From an uncultured Alphaproteobacteria bacterium (lineage in GTDB: Bacteria > Pseudomonadota > Alphaproteobacteria > RF32 > CAG-239): a stretch of DNA of 64,000 bases. The position numbers and the translations under genes are program-made. Positions 10,770-20,502 of the stretch are shown one piece after another. The DNA lies in the NCBI GenBank assembly GCA_947588275.1, contig CANPYJ010000002.1, positions 2,216-66,215 on the forward strand. Direction: 5' to 3'. The notes under the pieces are model-generated. The model was not told where the DNA came from. It searched no databases and saw nothing but the letters and a program-made list of their open reading frames with translations. The stretch's first letter is position 1; every line of letters begins with the position of its first letter.

Positions 10770-10781
10770 AGGAAAACCGCC

Positions 10782-11444
10782 ATGAATGAAATCATCAATC
10801 GGCTCAGAAAGGTACGCAAAGGCGCCATGTTTATCATTGAAGCGCCGTCCGGAACCGGCAAAGGGACAGTCATAAAAGAATTGCTTAAGGCTGATGCAAA
10901 CATCAAATTTTCGGTGTCGGTGACAACCCGCCCGCCGCGTGAAGGAGAAGTTGACGGTGTGGACTATTATTTTGTGACGGATGCGCAATATGACGAGTTT
11001 TTGGCGCAAGACGCGTTTTATGAATATGTCAATTCGCAGTATGGGTCGCGTTACGGAACACTGCGCTCAGAAGTCGACAGTTTTATTAATGTCGGGCAGG
11101 ACGTGATTTTTGACATGGATTGGGCCGGTGCGCGTCAAATGCGCGAAAAAGCCGGCGCCGACGTGGTTACAATCTATTTGTTGCCGCCGTCAATCAAAGA
11201 ACTGCGCCGTCGGCTGGAGAATCGCGGTACCGATACGCAGGAAGTGATAGAGCAGCGAATGGGGATTATTTTGGACAAAGTCAGCCATTGGAACGAGTTT
11301 GACTATGTGATTGTCAATGTCAGTCTTGAAGAAACGGTGGCCAAAATACAACGCATTATCTCCGGCGAAAGGATGAAAAGAGTTCGGCAGGTCGGGTTGA
11401 AAGGTTTTGTTCGCGAGCTTATAAAAGAAGCCAAAGAAAGTTAG
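10782..11444 (+). CDS. gmk: guanylate kinase
   Basis: P-loop APSGTGKGT and SVSVTTRPPREGEVDGVDYYFV. It follows yicC, as in many Proteobacteria. Confidence 0.95.
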   Translation: MNEIINRLRKVRKGAMFIIEAPSGTGKGTVIKELLKADANIKFSVSVTTRPPREGEVDGVDYYFVTDAQYDEFLAQDAFYEYVNSQYGSRYGTLRSEVDSFINVGQDVIFDMDWAGARQMREKAGADVVTIYLLPPSIKELRRRLENRGTDTQEVIEQRMGIILDKVSHWNEFDYVIVNVSLEETVAKIQRIISGERMKRVRQVGLKGFVRELIKEAKES

Positions 11445-11445
11445 C

Positions 11446-11994
11446 TTATTTGAGGAGGGCACGCTGTTCCGGAGTCATAGCCTTGTATACCAGAGCGGCG
11501 TTTTCGGCGGCCTGCGGAACCTGAAGTTTTTCGGCCTGGCGATAAAGACGGAAAGCGGCCGGCAAATCTTGGCGAACCCCAACTCCACGGGTGTACATCC
11601 AGGCCAAAACCTCCACGGCCTTAGCGTCGTTGAGACTGACGCGATAAGTTATTTCGCTGAGGTCAAGCGGGGTGGTGCGGTTTTCTTCCACCGCTTTGAG
11701 GGTTTTGTTCCAACGCAGTTGGCGGGCGCGTACAAAAGCCTCTTTTTGCAAGCGGTTGTTGGTCAGGTTTATCGGGTGTCGGGTTTGCTGCAGGTTGTTT
11801 TTGGCGTCCGCGTTATAGCTTTCTTCGTTCAGAATGTCGGGCGTAGAGCGGTTTTTGACAAACAACGGCAGATAACCTTCGTTGTCGGAACGGATGATGT
11901 CGCGGTAAAGGTCATCAAGGCTGGCGGCCTGTGCCGCGCCCGAGATGCCGAATACCGCCCACAGGCAGGATATGAGATAACGTGCGCTTTTCAT
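11446..11994 (-). CDS. secreted Sel1-like (TPR-family) repeat protein
   Basis: Signal peptide MKSARYLISCLWAVFGISGAAQA. Sel1-type repeat AKAVEVLAWMYTRGVGVRQDLPAAFRLYRQAEK. The start is ambiguous (11994 or 12003). Confidence 0.7.
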   Translation of the reverse strand: MKSARYLISCLWAVFGISGAAQAASLDDLYRDIIRSDNEGYLPLFVKNRSTPDILNEESYNADAKNNLQQTRHPINLTNNRLQKEAFVRARQLRWNKTLKAVEENRTTPLDLSEITYRVSLNDAKAVEVLAWMYTRGVGVRQDLPAAFRLYRQAEKLQVPQAAENAALVYKAMTPEQRALLK

Positions 11995-12085
11995 ATTTTG
12001 CATACCCGAATTTTTCAAAAACATAATAACAGCGCCGAGTCGTTCGTTCCAGAACAATTTGCGGATTATGAACAGGGAGGTTAAA

Positions 12086-13030
12086 ATGAACAAAATTTTT
12101 GATTCGGTCGCCGAGATGGTCGGCCATACGCCGCTTTTGCGTCTGCATAAGTGGGAGCAGAGTCATCATCTGCGGGCGGCGCTGATTGCCAAATGCGAGT
12201 TTTATAATCCGTTGTTTTCGGTGAAAGACCGGGCCGCGCTCAAGATGATTGAAAAAGCAGAGGCCGAACGCAAAATTACCAAAGATACGGTATTTGTGGA
12301 GGCGACCAGCGGCAACACCGGAATCGCGCTGGCGGCAATGTGCGCGGCCAAAGGTTACAAGCTGGTGATACTGATGCCCGAAAACATGAGTTTTGAGCGC
12401 ATTGCCTTGATGCGGCATTTTGGGGCCGAGGTCATTTTGACTCCCAAGGAAGAGGGGATGAAAGGCGCGCTGGCCAAAGCGCATGTTCTGCGCGAGAAGA
12501 ATCCGCAGGTGATAATGTTTGAGCAGTTTGAGAATCCGGCCAATGTTGACGCGCATCGGTTTGGCACCAGTCTTGAAATTCTGGATGCGACACAGGGGAA
12601 AATAGACGTTTTGGTATCGGCCGTCGGAACTTCCGGCACGCTTACGGGAATTGCGGCAACACTCAAAAGCAACAATCCGGATTTGTTTGTGGCAGCGGTG
12701 GAACCGGCGGCCAGTCCGGTTTTGAACGGCGGGCCGGCCGGCGCACATGATATTCCGGGTATCGGCGCCGGATTTGTGCCGCCGTTGTATGATTCGGAGC
12801 TGGTCAGCGAGGTGGTGGACATTACCGATGACGAGGCTTGGAAAACGGCGGCCGAGGTGGCGGCCGTGGAAGGGCTGCCGGCGGGAATATCTGCCGGCGC
12901 CGCATTGTGCGCTGCGACCAAATTGGCTCAACGGCCGTCGTTTGAAGGCAAAAATATTGTGGTTATTCTGCCTGATGCCATTGGCAACTATCTTTCGCGC
13001 TTGTCCGAACAAAACTGTTGCCAAGAGTGA
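12086..13030 (+). CDS. cysK: cysteine synthase A (O-acetylserine sulfhydrylase)
   Basis: PLP-lysine motif NPLFSVKDRAAL and TSGNTGIALA. GGGAGG lies 6 nt before the ATG at 12086. Confidence 0.92.
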   Translation: MNKIFDSVAEMVGHTPLLRLHKWEQSHHLRAALIAKCEFYNPLFSVKDRAALKMIEKAEAERKITKDTVFVEATSGNTGIALAAMCAAKGYKLVILMPENMSFERIALMRHFGAEVILTPKEEGMKGALAKAHVLREKNPQVIMFEQFENPANVDAHRFGTSLEILDATQGKIDVLVSAVGTSGTLTGIAATLKSNNPDLFVAAVEPAASPVLNGGPAGAHDIPGIGAGFVPPLYDSELVSEVVDITDDEAWKTAAEVAAVEGLPAGISAGAALCAATKLAQRPSFEGKNIVVILPDAIGNYLSRLSEQNCCQE

Positions 13031-13083
13031 AATTTGCGGCTATTTTACAGGCAGGAACAAACTTTTTTTGAAAAAAGGCGCCC

Positions 13084-14190
13084 ATGAAACCGACTTCTAT
13101 TCTCGGCCGCTATCTCACCAAACAGATTTTGCTTAATTTTTTGGCCGTTTTGCTGATGATTTTGAGCGTCATCATGCTGTTTGAGGTGGTGGAGCTTTTG
13201 CGCCGCGCATCCGGTCGCGAAGACGTTAGTTTTTGGTTTGTTTTGGAGCTGGCCATCACCAAAATGCCCAAGACAATCGAGATGGTCTTTCCTTTTGTGG
13301 TGATGATTGCGGCCATGGCGACTTTTTGGAAACTCAGTAAGAGCAACGAATTTGTGATTATGCGTGCCGCCGGCGTGTCAATCTGGGGGTTTTTGCTGCC
13401 GGTAATGACGGCCATTTTTATGATTGGCGTGGTTAATGTCGCTTTGGTTAATCCGATGGCGGCGGATTTGTATGATTGGTACGAAACGCTGGAATACCGT
13501 TTTAAGACGCATAACCCGAAAGCGGTGCTGTTTTCGGATCAGGGGTTGTGGATTCGCGAGGCGCTGGACGAAAACAACGTCATGGTTTTGCAGGCAAAGT
13601 CTTTGCGGCAGGAAAACGAAGAATTGTTTTTGCGCAATGTGACAATTCTGGAAATGAATCGAAAATCGCAGCCCGGCCGCCGGCTAGAGGCTTTTGCCGG
13701 CGTATTGCGTTCGGGGTATTTTGAGCTTAAAGACGTGCGGATATTTGAGGCCGGTTTGCCGACAAAGGTGTTGAACAGTCTCAAATACGACACGACGCTG
13801 GACGCCGACCGAATTAAGGAAAATTTTGCGGCGCCGGAATCCATCTCATTTTGGGATTTGCCGGACACCATCAGATTTTATGAACGATCGGGGTTCTCGA
13901 CTTTGCGCTTGCGTTTGCGTTATTTGTCGTTGTTGGTTTCGCCGTTTTTGTTGTGTTCAATGGTTTTGGTGGCGGCGGTGTTCGCTTTGCGTCCCAATAT
14001 GCGTGGCGGCGGCATAATGTTTTTGATTGTCGGCGGCATTACCACGGGTTTCATACTTTATTTTTTGACGCAGTTGGTATACGCTTTTGGTGTCAACGGT
14101 TTTATTCCGGTTGGTTTGACGGTGGTTACGCCGGCGCTGATTACCGCGTTGATTGCGGTGTCCATACTGTTGCATTTGGAAGACGGATAG
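13084..14190 (+). CDS. lptG: LPS export ABC permease LptG
   Basis: YjgP/YjgQ architecture. N-terminus LGRYLTKQILLNFLAVLL, 3+3 TM helices flanking a periplasmic domain. Assignment as G rather than F rests on there being a second family member at 26520. Confidence 0.8.
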   Translation: MKPTSILGRYLTKQILLNFLAVLLMILSVIMLFEVVELLRRASGREDVSFWFVLELAITKMPKTIEMVFPFVVMIAAMATFWKLSKSNEFVIMRAAGVSIWGFLLPVMTAIFMIGVVNVALVNPMAADLYDWYETLEYRFKTHNPKAVLFSDQGLWIREALDENNVMVLQAKSLRQENEELFLRNVTILEMNRKSQPGRRLEAFAGVLRSGYFELKDVRIFEAGLPTKVLNSLKYDTTLDADRIKENFAAPESISFWDLPDTIRFYERSGFSTLRLRLRYLSLLVSPFLLCSMVLVAAVFALRPNMRGGGIMFLIVGGITTGFILYFLTQLVYAFGVNGFIPVGLTVVTPALITALIAVSILLHLEDG

Positions 14191-14230
14191 CTCCAAAGCC
14201 CGTTTCTGTGGAAAATCAGGCAGATTTTGT

Positions 14231-14261
14231 AAAAAAACTCCAGAAATTCCGGAGTTTTTTT
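14231..14261. terminator. bidirectional rho-independent terminator
   Basis: AAAAAAACTCC-agaaattcc-GGAGTTTTTTT lies between the convergent lptG and the Cys-rich gene. Confidence 0.7.
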
Positions 14262-14276
14262 GAATAAAGCCTGATT

Positions 14277-15092
14277 TTAATTACCGGTGCATTGTTGAAT
14301 ACAGTGTGCGGTAATTCCGTTTTTGTAACGTGCGTCATACGTAATCAAGCGTGTTGTAGATCTGCACTCTCCGATAATAATTGAACCGTTTGTCACGCGA
14401 CTCCAACCTTCGGTATAGACTACGGCTGGGCAGTTGTTGCTGTTTGGACAGCTTACGGTACAAGGCATGCCCTCATGTTCTCCGTCTTCTGTTGTATAAT
14501 CAAATTCGCCGCTAGTAAATTTAGAAAAGATTTCATAAGCCGTGTCGTCCCATGTCATCTGGCCACCTTGGCGTAAAGCATAGAACGGAATACACAGCTG
14601 TAGCGACGAATCCTTAATCGGACACGCCGGCCACACTATATAAGCCGGAACCTTGAAATGCGGAATTGTGGCAATGTCTTTTCTGTAATCATCATAGCCA
14701 TACAGCAAAATTTCTCCGGAACAGGAATATTTATCCGGCACTTTAGTTCCGGCCGGCGTATCAGGATCAAGACCATAGCATGATGCCGGCACACACCTGC
14801 CTTCCGAAAGGGTCACGGTTCCCTTCGGACAAGCTCGGTTTTCTCCGGTAACCTTATATTTGGTTTCGCAGGTTTTGCCGGCAGGACAGGAATCCAGCCA
14901 CTCATTTTTATAGCTGACGCAGGCTTTATAATTTGTATCAAACGGACAATTAATCGAATCAAGACAATTAGCCGGCAGAGAGGAACTATAACCCAGACTT
15001 GCGCAATCAGCATTGGTGCAATTTGCGGCCCAAGCCGAGGTTGTGAACATTGTTCCGATACTCAACGCCGCAATAAAAGGTAGCTTTTTCAT
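14277..15092 (-). CDS. secreted cysteine-rich protein, unknown family
   Basis: Signal peptide MKKLPFIAALSIGTMFTTSAWA. There are about 19 Cys in the mature part, no TM helix, and a GGAGG RBS. The region is visibly more AT-rich than its neighbours. Confidence 0.75.
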   Translation of the reverse strand: MKKLPFIAALSIGTMFTTSAWAANCTNADCASLGYSSSLPANCLDSINCPFDTNYKACVSYKNEWLDSCPAGKTCETKYKVTGENRACPKGTVTLSEGRCVPASCYGLDPDTPAGTKVPDKYSCSGEILLYGYDDYRKDIATIPHFKVPAYIVWPACPIKDSSLQLCIPFYALRQGGQMTWDDTAYEIFSKFTSGEFDYTTEDGEHEGMPCTVSCPNSNNCPAVVYTEGWSRVTNGSIIIGECRSTTRLITYDARYKNGITAHCIQQCTGN

Positions 15093-15121
15093 AACCCGCC
15101 TCCATAAAAAAACTTTCTTTT

Positions 15122-15150
15122 ATTTTAGCAGGATAATAAAAGCGTGTCAA
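15122..15150 (-). promoter_or_regulatory. near-consensus sigma70-type promoter for the Cys-rich gene
   Basis: On the minus strand: TTGACA (15150-15145), 17 nt, TAAAAT (15127-15122), then GGAGG and the ATG at 15092. Confidence 0.5.
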
Positions 15151-15206
15151 TGCCTTATTTTACGCGGCGGACAAAAGATAAGCCAATCGCCGATGGTTTG
15201 CAAATA

Positions 15207-15240
15207 TAAAATCCCGTGGCCGAGACAGTCGCGGGATTTT
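15207..15240 (-). terminator. hairpin downstream of infB
   Basis: AAAATCCCG-(13 nt)-CGGGATTTT lies 17 nt after the infB stop. On the minus strand it is followed by a T-rich stretch. Confidence 0.5.
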
Positions 15241-15256
15241 ATCAGACCAAATCAAC

Positions 15257-17722
15257 TCAGGCCAGTTTGGCGGCGATTTCTTCAATCTCATAACATTCAA
15301 TAAAGTCGCCTTTTTGAATGTCATTGTAATTTTCAAACGAAATGCCGCATTCAAAGCCTTCTTTGACTTCCTTGACGTCTTCTTTGTAGCGCTTGAGCTG
15401 TCCGATAGAACCATCGTGAATAACCACGTTGTCGCGCAGAAGGCGAATTTTGGCGCCGCGGCGAACCAAGCCTTCGGTGACCATGCAACCGCCGACTTTG
15501 CCGACGCCGGTAATGTTGTAGACTTCGCGAATCTCGGCGTAACCAAGCAGTTTTTCTTTGAGCTCGGGCGAAAGCATGCCTTCAAGACCTTTTTTGACGT
15601 CGTCAAGCACATCATAAATGATGGAGTAGTATCTAATCTCGATATTGTCGCGCCGCGCCATGTCACGCGCCTGCGGATTGGCGCGCACGTTGAAGCCGAT
15701 GATAAGCGCATGCGACGCCTTGGCCAGCGTGACATCAGATTCCGAAATCGGACCGACGGCCGAGTGCAGAATCTGAACGCTGACTTCGTCGTTGGAGAGC
15801 TTTTTGACGGTGCCCTCAATCGCTTCAATAGACCCTTGAACGTCAGCTTTGATGATAATCGGCAGATGTTTGACTTCACCCGACTTAATCTTGTCAAGCA
15901 TTTGTTCCATGGCCGATTTGGCCGATTTGACCAACTTGGCTTCGCGCTCTTTGCGAATCCGATAACCGGTGATTTCTTTGGCCTGATTTTCGTCGGCCAC
16001 AACCACAAAGTCATCGCCGGCCGAGGGTGTTCCCTGCAAGCCCAAGACTTCTACCGGCGTGGCCGGCGCCGCTTCTTGAACTTTTTGGCCCAGTTCGTTA
16101 AACATCGCACGGACACGACCCCATTCTTTGCCGGCTATGCAAATGTCGCCGACTTGGAGAGTGCCTTTTTGTACCAAAACCGTCACGACCGTGCCGCGGC
16201 CTTTTTCCATTTTGGCTTCAATAACCGCACCTTCGGCTTTGCGCGCCGGATTCGCCTTGAGATCCAGCATTTCCGCCTGCAGCAGAATGGCATCGACCAG
16301 TTTGTCGATGTTGATGCGCTTTTTGGCCGAAACTTCGGCGCACAGGCATTCGCCGCCCATTTCTTCAACTCCGATGCCGTGTTGAAGCAGGGCCGTCTTG
16401 ACTTTCATCGGATCGGCGCCGGGGAGGTCTATCTTGTTGATGGCTACCACAATCGGAACTTCGGCTGCTTGCGCGTGGCGAATCGCCTCAATGGTCTGCG
16501 GCATGATGCCGTCATTGGCCGCCACAACCAAAACCACAATGTCGGTCACCTTGGCGCCGCGGGCTCGCATCTCCGAAAAAGCCTCGTGTCCGGGAGTATC
16601 AATAAAAGTGATGCGGTCGCCGGTCGGAACCGTGATTTGATAGGCGCCGATGTGCTGTGTGATGCCGCCGGCCTCGCGCGCAGCAACGTTGGTTTCTCGC
16701 AGAGCGTCCAAAAGCGAGGTCTTGCCGTGGTCAACGTGCCCCATAACCGTAACAACAGGTGCCCGCGGCAAGAGCTGTTCGGGAGCGTCAATTTCGTGCT
16801 GGAGAGCCTGCTCAACGTCGCTGTCGGCCACACGCTTGAACTTGTGTCCAAAATCTTCGACAATCAGCTGCGCGGTATCGGCGTCAATCGGCTGGTTGAT
16901 GGTGGCCATGACTCCGAGCGCCATCAGCTTTTTGATGACGTCGGCGCTTTTTTCGGCCATGCGGTTGGCCAGTTCCTGCACCGTGATGGTTTCCGGAATC
17001 ACAACTTCTTTTATGACTTTTTCCTGCGGTTGTTGAACCGTGGGCTGCGGTTTGGGCTGTTTTTTCTTAAAACGCCGCCGCGGTCCGCCAAATCCGTAAT
17101 CGTCGTCGTCATCGTCGCCGGAGCCGATGTTGTGCAGGTTGACTTTGCCGCCGCGACGCTGCATTTCAAAGCTGCGCTTCGTTATTTTTTTGCGCTCCTG
17201 CTCAAAAACTTCTTCTTTGGTAATCGGACGGGAGCCGGTTTTGCGCGGCGACGGCGTTTCGTCATCGTCGTCTTCATCAAAATCGCGCGATTTTTTGTCA
17301 CGCATTTTCAAACGGGTTTCGGCTTCGGTCGAAGATTTTTCGGCGGCAGCGGCGGCCTCTTTTTTGACCTTTTCGGCGGTCATTTCTTCTGCCTCGGCAG
17401 CGCGCTTTTGCCGCTGTTGCTCCTCTTCTTCACGCTGTTTGCGACGCAAGGCGCTGCGCTCTTCTTCTTCCTGTCGGCGTTTGTTGTCAAACTCTTTGGC
17501 TTCGGCAATCAGGCGCAGTTTGGCCGCGGTCTGTTCGTCAATCTCAACCTTGGGTTCGGGTGCGCCGGTTTTGGTCATAATCACGCGTTTTTTGCGCACT
17601 TCAACCTGCACCACCTTTTTGCCGTCGCGTCCGGAATTGCGCGACGAATCGCTCATCCCTTTGAGCGTCAGGGTGGATTTTCCCGAGAGTGTTAATTTGC
17701 TTTTCGCATTCTCTTCTGTCAT
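15257..17722 (-). CDS. infB: translation initiation factor IF-2
   Basis: G-domain motifs [20 protein letters not shown] and NKID, with a charged K/E/R-rich N-terminal region. The ATG at 17722 has a GGAGAAG RBS. The ORF-track start at 17752 is a TTG. Confidence 0.97.
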   Translation of the reverse strand: MTEENAKSKLTLSGKSTLTLKGMSDSSRNSGRDGKKVVQVEVRKKRVIMTKTGAPEPKVEIDEQTAAKLRLIAEAKEFDNKRRQEEEERSALRRKQREEEEQQRQKRAAEAEEMTAEKVKKEAAAAAEKSSTEAETRLKMRDKKSRDFDEDDDDETPSPRKTGSRPITKEEVFEQERKKITKRSFEMQRRGGKVNLHNIGSGDDDDDDYGFGGPRRRFKKKQPKPQPTVQQPQEKVIKEVVIPETITVQELANRMAEKSADVIKKLMALGVMATINQPIDADTAQLIVEDFGHKFKRVADSDVEQALQHEIDAPEQLLPRAPVVTVMGHVDHGKTSLLDALRETNVAAREAGGITQHIGAYQITVPTGDRITFIDTPGHEAFSEMRARGAKVTDIVVLVVAANDGIMPQTIEAIRHAQAAEVPIVVAINKIDLPGADPMKVKTALLQHGIGVEEMGGECLCAEVSAKKRINIDKLVDAILLQAEMLDLKANPARKAEGAVIEAKMEKGRGTVVTVLVQKGTLQVGDICIAGKEWGRVRAMFNELGQKVQEAAPATPVEVLGLQGTPSAGDDFVVVADENQAKEITGYRIRKEREAKLVKSAKSAMEQMLDKIKSGEVKHLPIIIKADVQGSIEAIEGTVKKLSNDEVSVQILHSAVGPISESDVTLAKASHALIIGFNVRANPQARDMARRDNIEIRYYSIIYDVLDDVKKGLEGMLSPELKEKLLGYAEIREVYNITGVGKVGGCMVTEGLVRRGAKIRLLRDNVVIHDGSIGQLKRYKEDVKEVKEGFECGISFENYNDIQKGDFIECYEIEEIAAKLA

Positions 17723-17755
17723 CGTGTTAAACTTCTCCGTTTGTACTCGCAAAGT

Positions 17756-18328
17756 TTATAAGTTCAAAAAATCAGCCAGCCTGTTAAACTCGCGGCGGAC
17801 CATATCGGCTATTTCGCTTTTTAAAAAAGCGGCGTGAATAGTGTTAGCTTTGTCAAGTGCCGAATCCAACTCCTCCGATGTAAACAATTTGTATATCTGC
17901 AAGCCTTTGCTCAGGCGGGCAACCTTTTCGGTTCCGTCAGCGCCGGCGTCTATGGCCTCAAGAACAAAGGCAACATTGTGTTTTTTGAGCGCTTCCGAAA
18001 CTTTTTCCATTCCGGTAACCAAGGCTCCGGCTTTGCGCGCCAGAGAAACGGCTTGCAGGCCGGAAACGCGCAGCAAACGTTCGACCATTTGTTCCAGCTC
18101 AGGCGCAGGTTTGACTTTGCACTTGAGGCTCTTGGCAAACAAATTGCCGGCAATGGCCTTGTTGAGGCAGCTGCGGGCACAGTGAACCCAGACGCCGCGG
18201 CCGGGCAGACGACGTTTGAAATCCGGAATAACCAAATTGTCCGGACCGAGCGTAAAGCGCAGTAAGTGCTCTTTTTCAAGCACTTGGCCGCAGGTAATGC
18301 ATCTTCGGGTCGTCTGCTCAGAGGTCAT
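17756..18328 (-). CDS. YlxR (DUF448)-family RNA-binding protein fused to an L7Ae-like domain
   Basis: RRCITCGQV...LLRF motif, and a C-terminal half ARKAGALVTGMEKV resembling L7Ae/YlxQ. It sits between nusA and infB. Confidence 0.8.
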   Translation of the reverse strand: MTSEQTTRRCITCGQVLEKEHLLRFTLGPDNLVIPDFKRRLPGRGVWVHCARSCLNKAIAGNLFAKSLKCKVKPAPELEQMVERLLRVSGLQAVSLARKAGALVTGMEKVSEALKKHNVAFVLEAIDAGADGTEKVARLSKGLQIYKLFTSEELDSALDKANTIHAAFLKSEIADMVRREFNRLADFLNL

Positions 18329-18336
18329 CGGCGCTT

Positions 18337-19854
18337 CTATTCCTCAGTGAACCAGTGTTCGCGCGCGTTCATGATGATTTTGTTGGCTTCCTGAATCGAA
18401 ACCGTATTCTCGCCCAAAATCTCAATCAGCTCGTCCGCCGCCAAATCGGCCAAATCATCAATCGTCTTGATGCCTTTGCCGGCCAGCGTCAGCAACATGT
18501 CGCGGTCAAGCCCTTCCACACTCTGAAGTTTGTCGTCAAGGCCGAGCGACTTGCTCTTTTCCTCAAATTCTTTGTCACGTTTTTCGACATATTCTTTGGC
18601 ACGCGATTGCAGCTCTTTGGCAACATCTTCGTCAAAGCCTTCAATCTCCGATAATTCGCGCAAATCCACCATCGCAATCTCATCGACATTTGAGAAACCT
18701 TCGGCAATCAGCAGATGAGCAATCATCTCGTCCACATCAAGAGCTTCCATAAAGCGCTGCGAATGAACTTTGTTTTCGTTGGAACGGCGCTCCTGCTCTT
18801 GTTCTTCGGTCAGGACATCAATGTCACAGCCAAGCAGCTGCGAGGCTAATTTGACGTTTTGACCGCGACGGCCGATGGCGATGGAAAATTGCTCCTGCGC
18901 CACCACGGCTTCAATGCGGTTGTTTTCTTCATCTATAACCACCTTGGTAACTTCAGCCGGTGCTAAGGCGCTGACAATATATTGCGCGCGGTCTTCCGAA
19001 TATGGCACAATATCAATCTTTTCGCCCTGTAGCTCGGTTACCACCGCCTGCACGCGAATTCCGCGCAAACCGACGCAAGCGCCAACCGGATCAATGGTCA
19101 TGTCTTCGGCGCGGACGGCAATCTTGGCCTTGGAACCGGGATCGCGAGCCACACCCATGATTTTGACGATGCCGTCATAAATTTCGGGAACTTCCGACGT
19201 AAACAGTTTGGCCAAAAACTCAGGACAGGTGCGCGACAAGAAAATCTGCGGACCTTTGGCTTCGCGGCGGACATCCAGCACATAGGCGCGGACGCGGTCG
19301 CCGTTTTTGAACTTCTCCCGCGGAATAATCTCGTCGCGGCGCAAAACCGCCTCGGTTTTGCCAATGTCCAGAACAACATTGCCAAACTCAATGCGTTTGA
19401 CCGTGCCGTTGACAATGGTGCCGATTTTTTCTTTGTATTCTTCAAACTGCTTGTTGCGCTCAGCCTCACGAACCTTTTGCATAATAACCTGTTTGGCGGT
19501 TTGGGCGGCAATGCGGCCAAAGTCAATCGGCGGCAGGGGATCAATCAGAAACTCGCCGACCTTGATTTTGGAATCGTATGCTTTGGCGTCTTCCAACAGA
19601 ATCTGAGCGGCTTCGTTTTCAATCTCTTCGGGGTTGGACACAACTTCGCGATAGCGTGCCATGCTGATAGCACCGGTTTTGCGGTCTATCTGGGCGCGAA
19701 TGTCGTGCTCAAAACCATATTTGGAACGTGCGGCTTTTTGAATGGCAACTTCCATTGCTTCAAAAACGTCATCACGATCGATGTTTTTTTCGCGGGCTAC
19801 CGTATCTGCAACCAATACGATTTCCGGTCGGGGCATATTTTCATAAGTTTCCAT
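18337..19854 (-). CDS. nusA: transcription termination/antitermination factor NusA
   Basis: S1 and KH domains (GACVGLRGIRVQAV) plus acidic C-terminal HhH repeats. Conserved operon position. Confidence 0.96.
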   Translation of the reverse strand: METYENMPRPEIVLVADTVAREKNIDRDDVFEAMEVAIQKAARSKYGFEHDIRAQIDRKTGAISMARYREVVSNPEEIENEAAQILLEDAKAYDSKIKVGEFLIDPLPPIDFGRIAAQTAKQVIMQKVREAERNKQFEEYKEKIGTIVNGTVKRIEFGNVVLDIGKTEAVLRRDEIIPREKFKNGDRVRAYVLDVRREAKGPQIFLSRTCPEFLAKLFTSEVPEIYDGIVKIMGVARDPGSKAKIAVRAEDMTIDPVGACVGLRGIRVQAVVTELQGEKIDIVPYSEDRAQYIVSALAPAEVTKVVIDEENNRIEAVVAQEQFSIAIGRRGQNVKLASQLLGCDIDVLTEEQEQERRSNENKVHSQRFMEALDVDEMIAHLLIAEGFSNVDEIAMVDLRELSEIEGFDEDVAKELQSRAKEYVEKRDKEFEEKSKSLGLDDKLQSVEGLDRDMLLTLAGKGIKTIDDLADLAADELIEILGENTVSIQEANKIIMNAREHWFTEE

Positions 19855-19880
19855 GACTTTCCTCAGTAGTGTTTTCTTTG

Positions 19881-20372
19881 TTAAAATTCTTCAGCGGCGG
19901 CTTGAGCCAAAAGGTCGTCGGTGAGCGTTAATTTTGCTTTGGAGACGGCGGCAAAAGGAATCGTGTATTCGGTGCCGTCCATGGCCAAAAGAATCTGTTG
20001 GCGGGCATCAATTCCTTTGAGCACTCCCTTAAAGCGCTTGCGCCCCTCAACCTCAACATTGGTTTCAATCTTGGCTTCGCTGCCGGCAAAACGGGAAAAA
20101 TGTTCCGGTTTGGTCAGCGGGCGGTCAATTCCCGGAGAACTGACTTCAAGCGCATATTGGCCGTCTATGGGGTCGGCTTCGTCTAACTTGGCCGAAACAG
20201 CGCGGCTGACTGCGGCACAGTCATCAACCGTCATGTCGGCATGGTCTTGACGCTCAATCATAATCTGCAAAGTCGGATTTTTGGCGCCGACGGTCATGAT
20301 GCGTACAACCTCGTAACCAAGGCTTTCGACCATCGGTTCAATCAGATTTTGCAGCGGGTGCACAGATGCCAT
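19881..20372 (-). CDS. rimP: ribosome maturation factor RimP
   Basis: 163 aa with LEVSSPGIDRPL. It lies directly upstream of nusA. Confidence 0.9.
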   Translation of the reverse strand: MASVHPLQNLIEPMVESLGYEVVRIMTVGAKNPTLQIMIERQDHADMTVDDCAAVSRAVSAKLDEADPIDGQYALEVSSPGIDRPLTKPEHFSRFAGSEAKIETNVEVEGRKRFKGVLKGIDARQQILLAMDGTEYTIPFAAVSKAKLTLTDDLLAQAAAEEF

Positions 20373-20394
20373 GTTGCGTTTTCTCCTAATAAAG

Positions 20395-20420
20395 AAGCGG
20401 GGTTTTTACCCCGCCTCATC
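20395..20420 (-). terminator. GC hairpin plus T-tract in the rimP leader (terminator or attenuator)
   Basis: The minus strand reads GAGGCGGGGTAAAAACCCCGCTTCTTTATT, which runs directly into the rimP RBS AGGAG. Confidence 0.45.
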
Positions 20421-20502
20421 TAATATCATTTATTATTGTGCTTCCTATATAACAGAGATTTTTTTTTAAATCCAGCATTATTTTTACATTTTATCGTTTT
20501 TT

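Noticed and set aside
11915-13024. A 369-aa minus-strand ORF covering cysK.
   Set aside because: It is antisense to a cysteine synthase with intact PLP motifs. The translation is R/H/Q/G-rich and has no start signals.
15314-17695. A 793-aa ORF on the plus strand, and another at 15160-16014 on the minus strand, overlapping infB.
   Set aside because: They are antisense or off-frame to an unmistakable IF-2 gene. Their composition (F/R/G/N-rich, no motifs) is typical of shadow frames in biased coding DNA.
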